DNA of 27,753 nucleotides from Thermoanaerobaculia bacterium (GTDB lineage Bacteria; Acidobacteriota; Thermoanaerobaculia; Multivoradales; UBA5704): NCBI GenBank assembly GCA_044226625.1, contig JBGAGQ010000079.1, positions 1 to 27,753 of the forward strand, read 5' to 3'. Shown piece by piece: positions 26,986 to 27,753 of this stretch (position 1 is its first letter; each line of letters starts with the position of its first letter). The notes under the pieces were generated by a model. It saw only the letters and a program-made list of their open reading frames with translations, ran no database searches and was not told where the DNA came from. The position numbers and the translations under genes were made by a program.

Positions 26986-27753
26986 ATGTCTCAACAGGTC
27001 CGTCCCGCCCGATGGGTCGCGGCGTCCGCCCTAGTGCTCGCCCTCGCCCTTCCGGTCGCCCTTTCCGCTCAGGCGCTTCCGACGCCCAAGGATTTCGTCT
27101 CCAACCTCGACCTGCGCTGCTACAGGCTGAACGACCAGCCGCCGCTCAACGTGCCGCTCCAGCTCGACCACTTGAATCCCTATTTCGTCGAGAAGGGGCT
27201 GCCGCCTGAGAACGTGGTCCTCGGCAAGCCGCAGGAGCTGTGCGTTCCGGTCTACAAGAACCAGGTCCAACCGCCCGCGACGGTGCTGCCGTTCCTGCGC
27301 TTCGCCGATCTCAAGTGCTACCAGATCTCCGGACCGTCGCTCGATCTCGACCTGCACCTCGATCACCTGAATCCGCAGATTCCGCCGATTCTCGGACCGT
27401 TCGTCGACGGCATCGTCCGGGAGCCGCAGCAGCTCTGCGTTCCGGTGCGGAAGAACAACCAGATCATCCCGGCGGCGGTCCTGCAGCTGATCCAGTGGCT
27501 CGACATCAAGTGCTACCGCTTCGAGCCCCGCGAACCGGCACCGATCGACTCCATCTTCTTGAACCACCTGAATCCGCTCTACGCCGGAATCCCCGGCCAG
27601 AAGGCGCTATTCCAGCAGACGCCGGAGCCGCAGCTGTGCGTTCCCGTCATGAAGAACCACCAGGCTCCGCCGGATTCGGTGGCGAAGATCATCGCCTACT
27701 CCGACGTCCTCTGCTATCCGGTGCAGGCGGCGGCGATCAACCAGCCGGTCACC
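26986..27753 (+). CDS. Secreted protein with ~66-aa tandem two-cysteine repeats (partial, runs off right edge)
   Basis: Not in the ORF track. AAGGAGGAG RBS, signal peptide MSQQVRPARWVAASALVLALALPVALSA, open frame to the window end, repeats of DxxCY...HLNP...LCVPVxKN. Confidence 0.9.
   Translation, partial: MSQQVRPARWVAASALVLALALPVALSAQALPTPKDFVSNLDLRCYRLNDQPPLNVPLQLDHLNPYFVEKGLPPENVVLGKPQELCVPVYKNQVQPPATVLPFLRFADLKCYQISGPSLDLDLHLDHLNPQIPPILGPFVDGIVREPQQLCVPVRKNNQIIPAAVLQLIQWLDIKCYRFEPREPAPIDSIFLNHLNPLYAGIPGQKALFQQTPEPQLCVPVMKNHQAPPDSVAKIIAYSDVLCYPVQAAAINQPVT

Overview
High-GC bacterial window; the taxon cannot be fixed from the sequence. It carries housekeeping blocks: a minus-strand SDR-glutaredoxin-etfB-etfA-cupin run, a complete tolQ-tolR-tolA-tolB-pal-cpoB operon, rpsT, an ABC ATPase/double-FtsX permease/lipocalin-like (AttE-FG-H type) cluster, two S9 peptidases, an ArsB/NhaD-family permease and a ThDP enzyme. 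The most notable part is a lower-GC insert (~21170-25000). It encodes a 1032-aa calcineurin-like phosphoesterase-NB-ARC/STAND-TPR (NLR-like) protein, preceded on the same strand by two small ORFs (43 and 32 aa) with their own RBSs. Together these carry three copies of a G-x-x-I-D-P-V-G motif whose IDPVG codons differ only at synonymous positions. This is a candidate peptide/NLR signalling or defence module. Other items worth checking are a radical-SAM/SPASM-like protein lacking CxxxCxxC, a GTAG-type REP doublet, and a secreted protein with ~66-aa two-Cys repeats that runs off the right edge and is absent from the ORF track.
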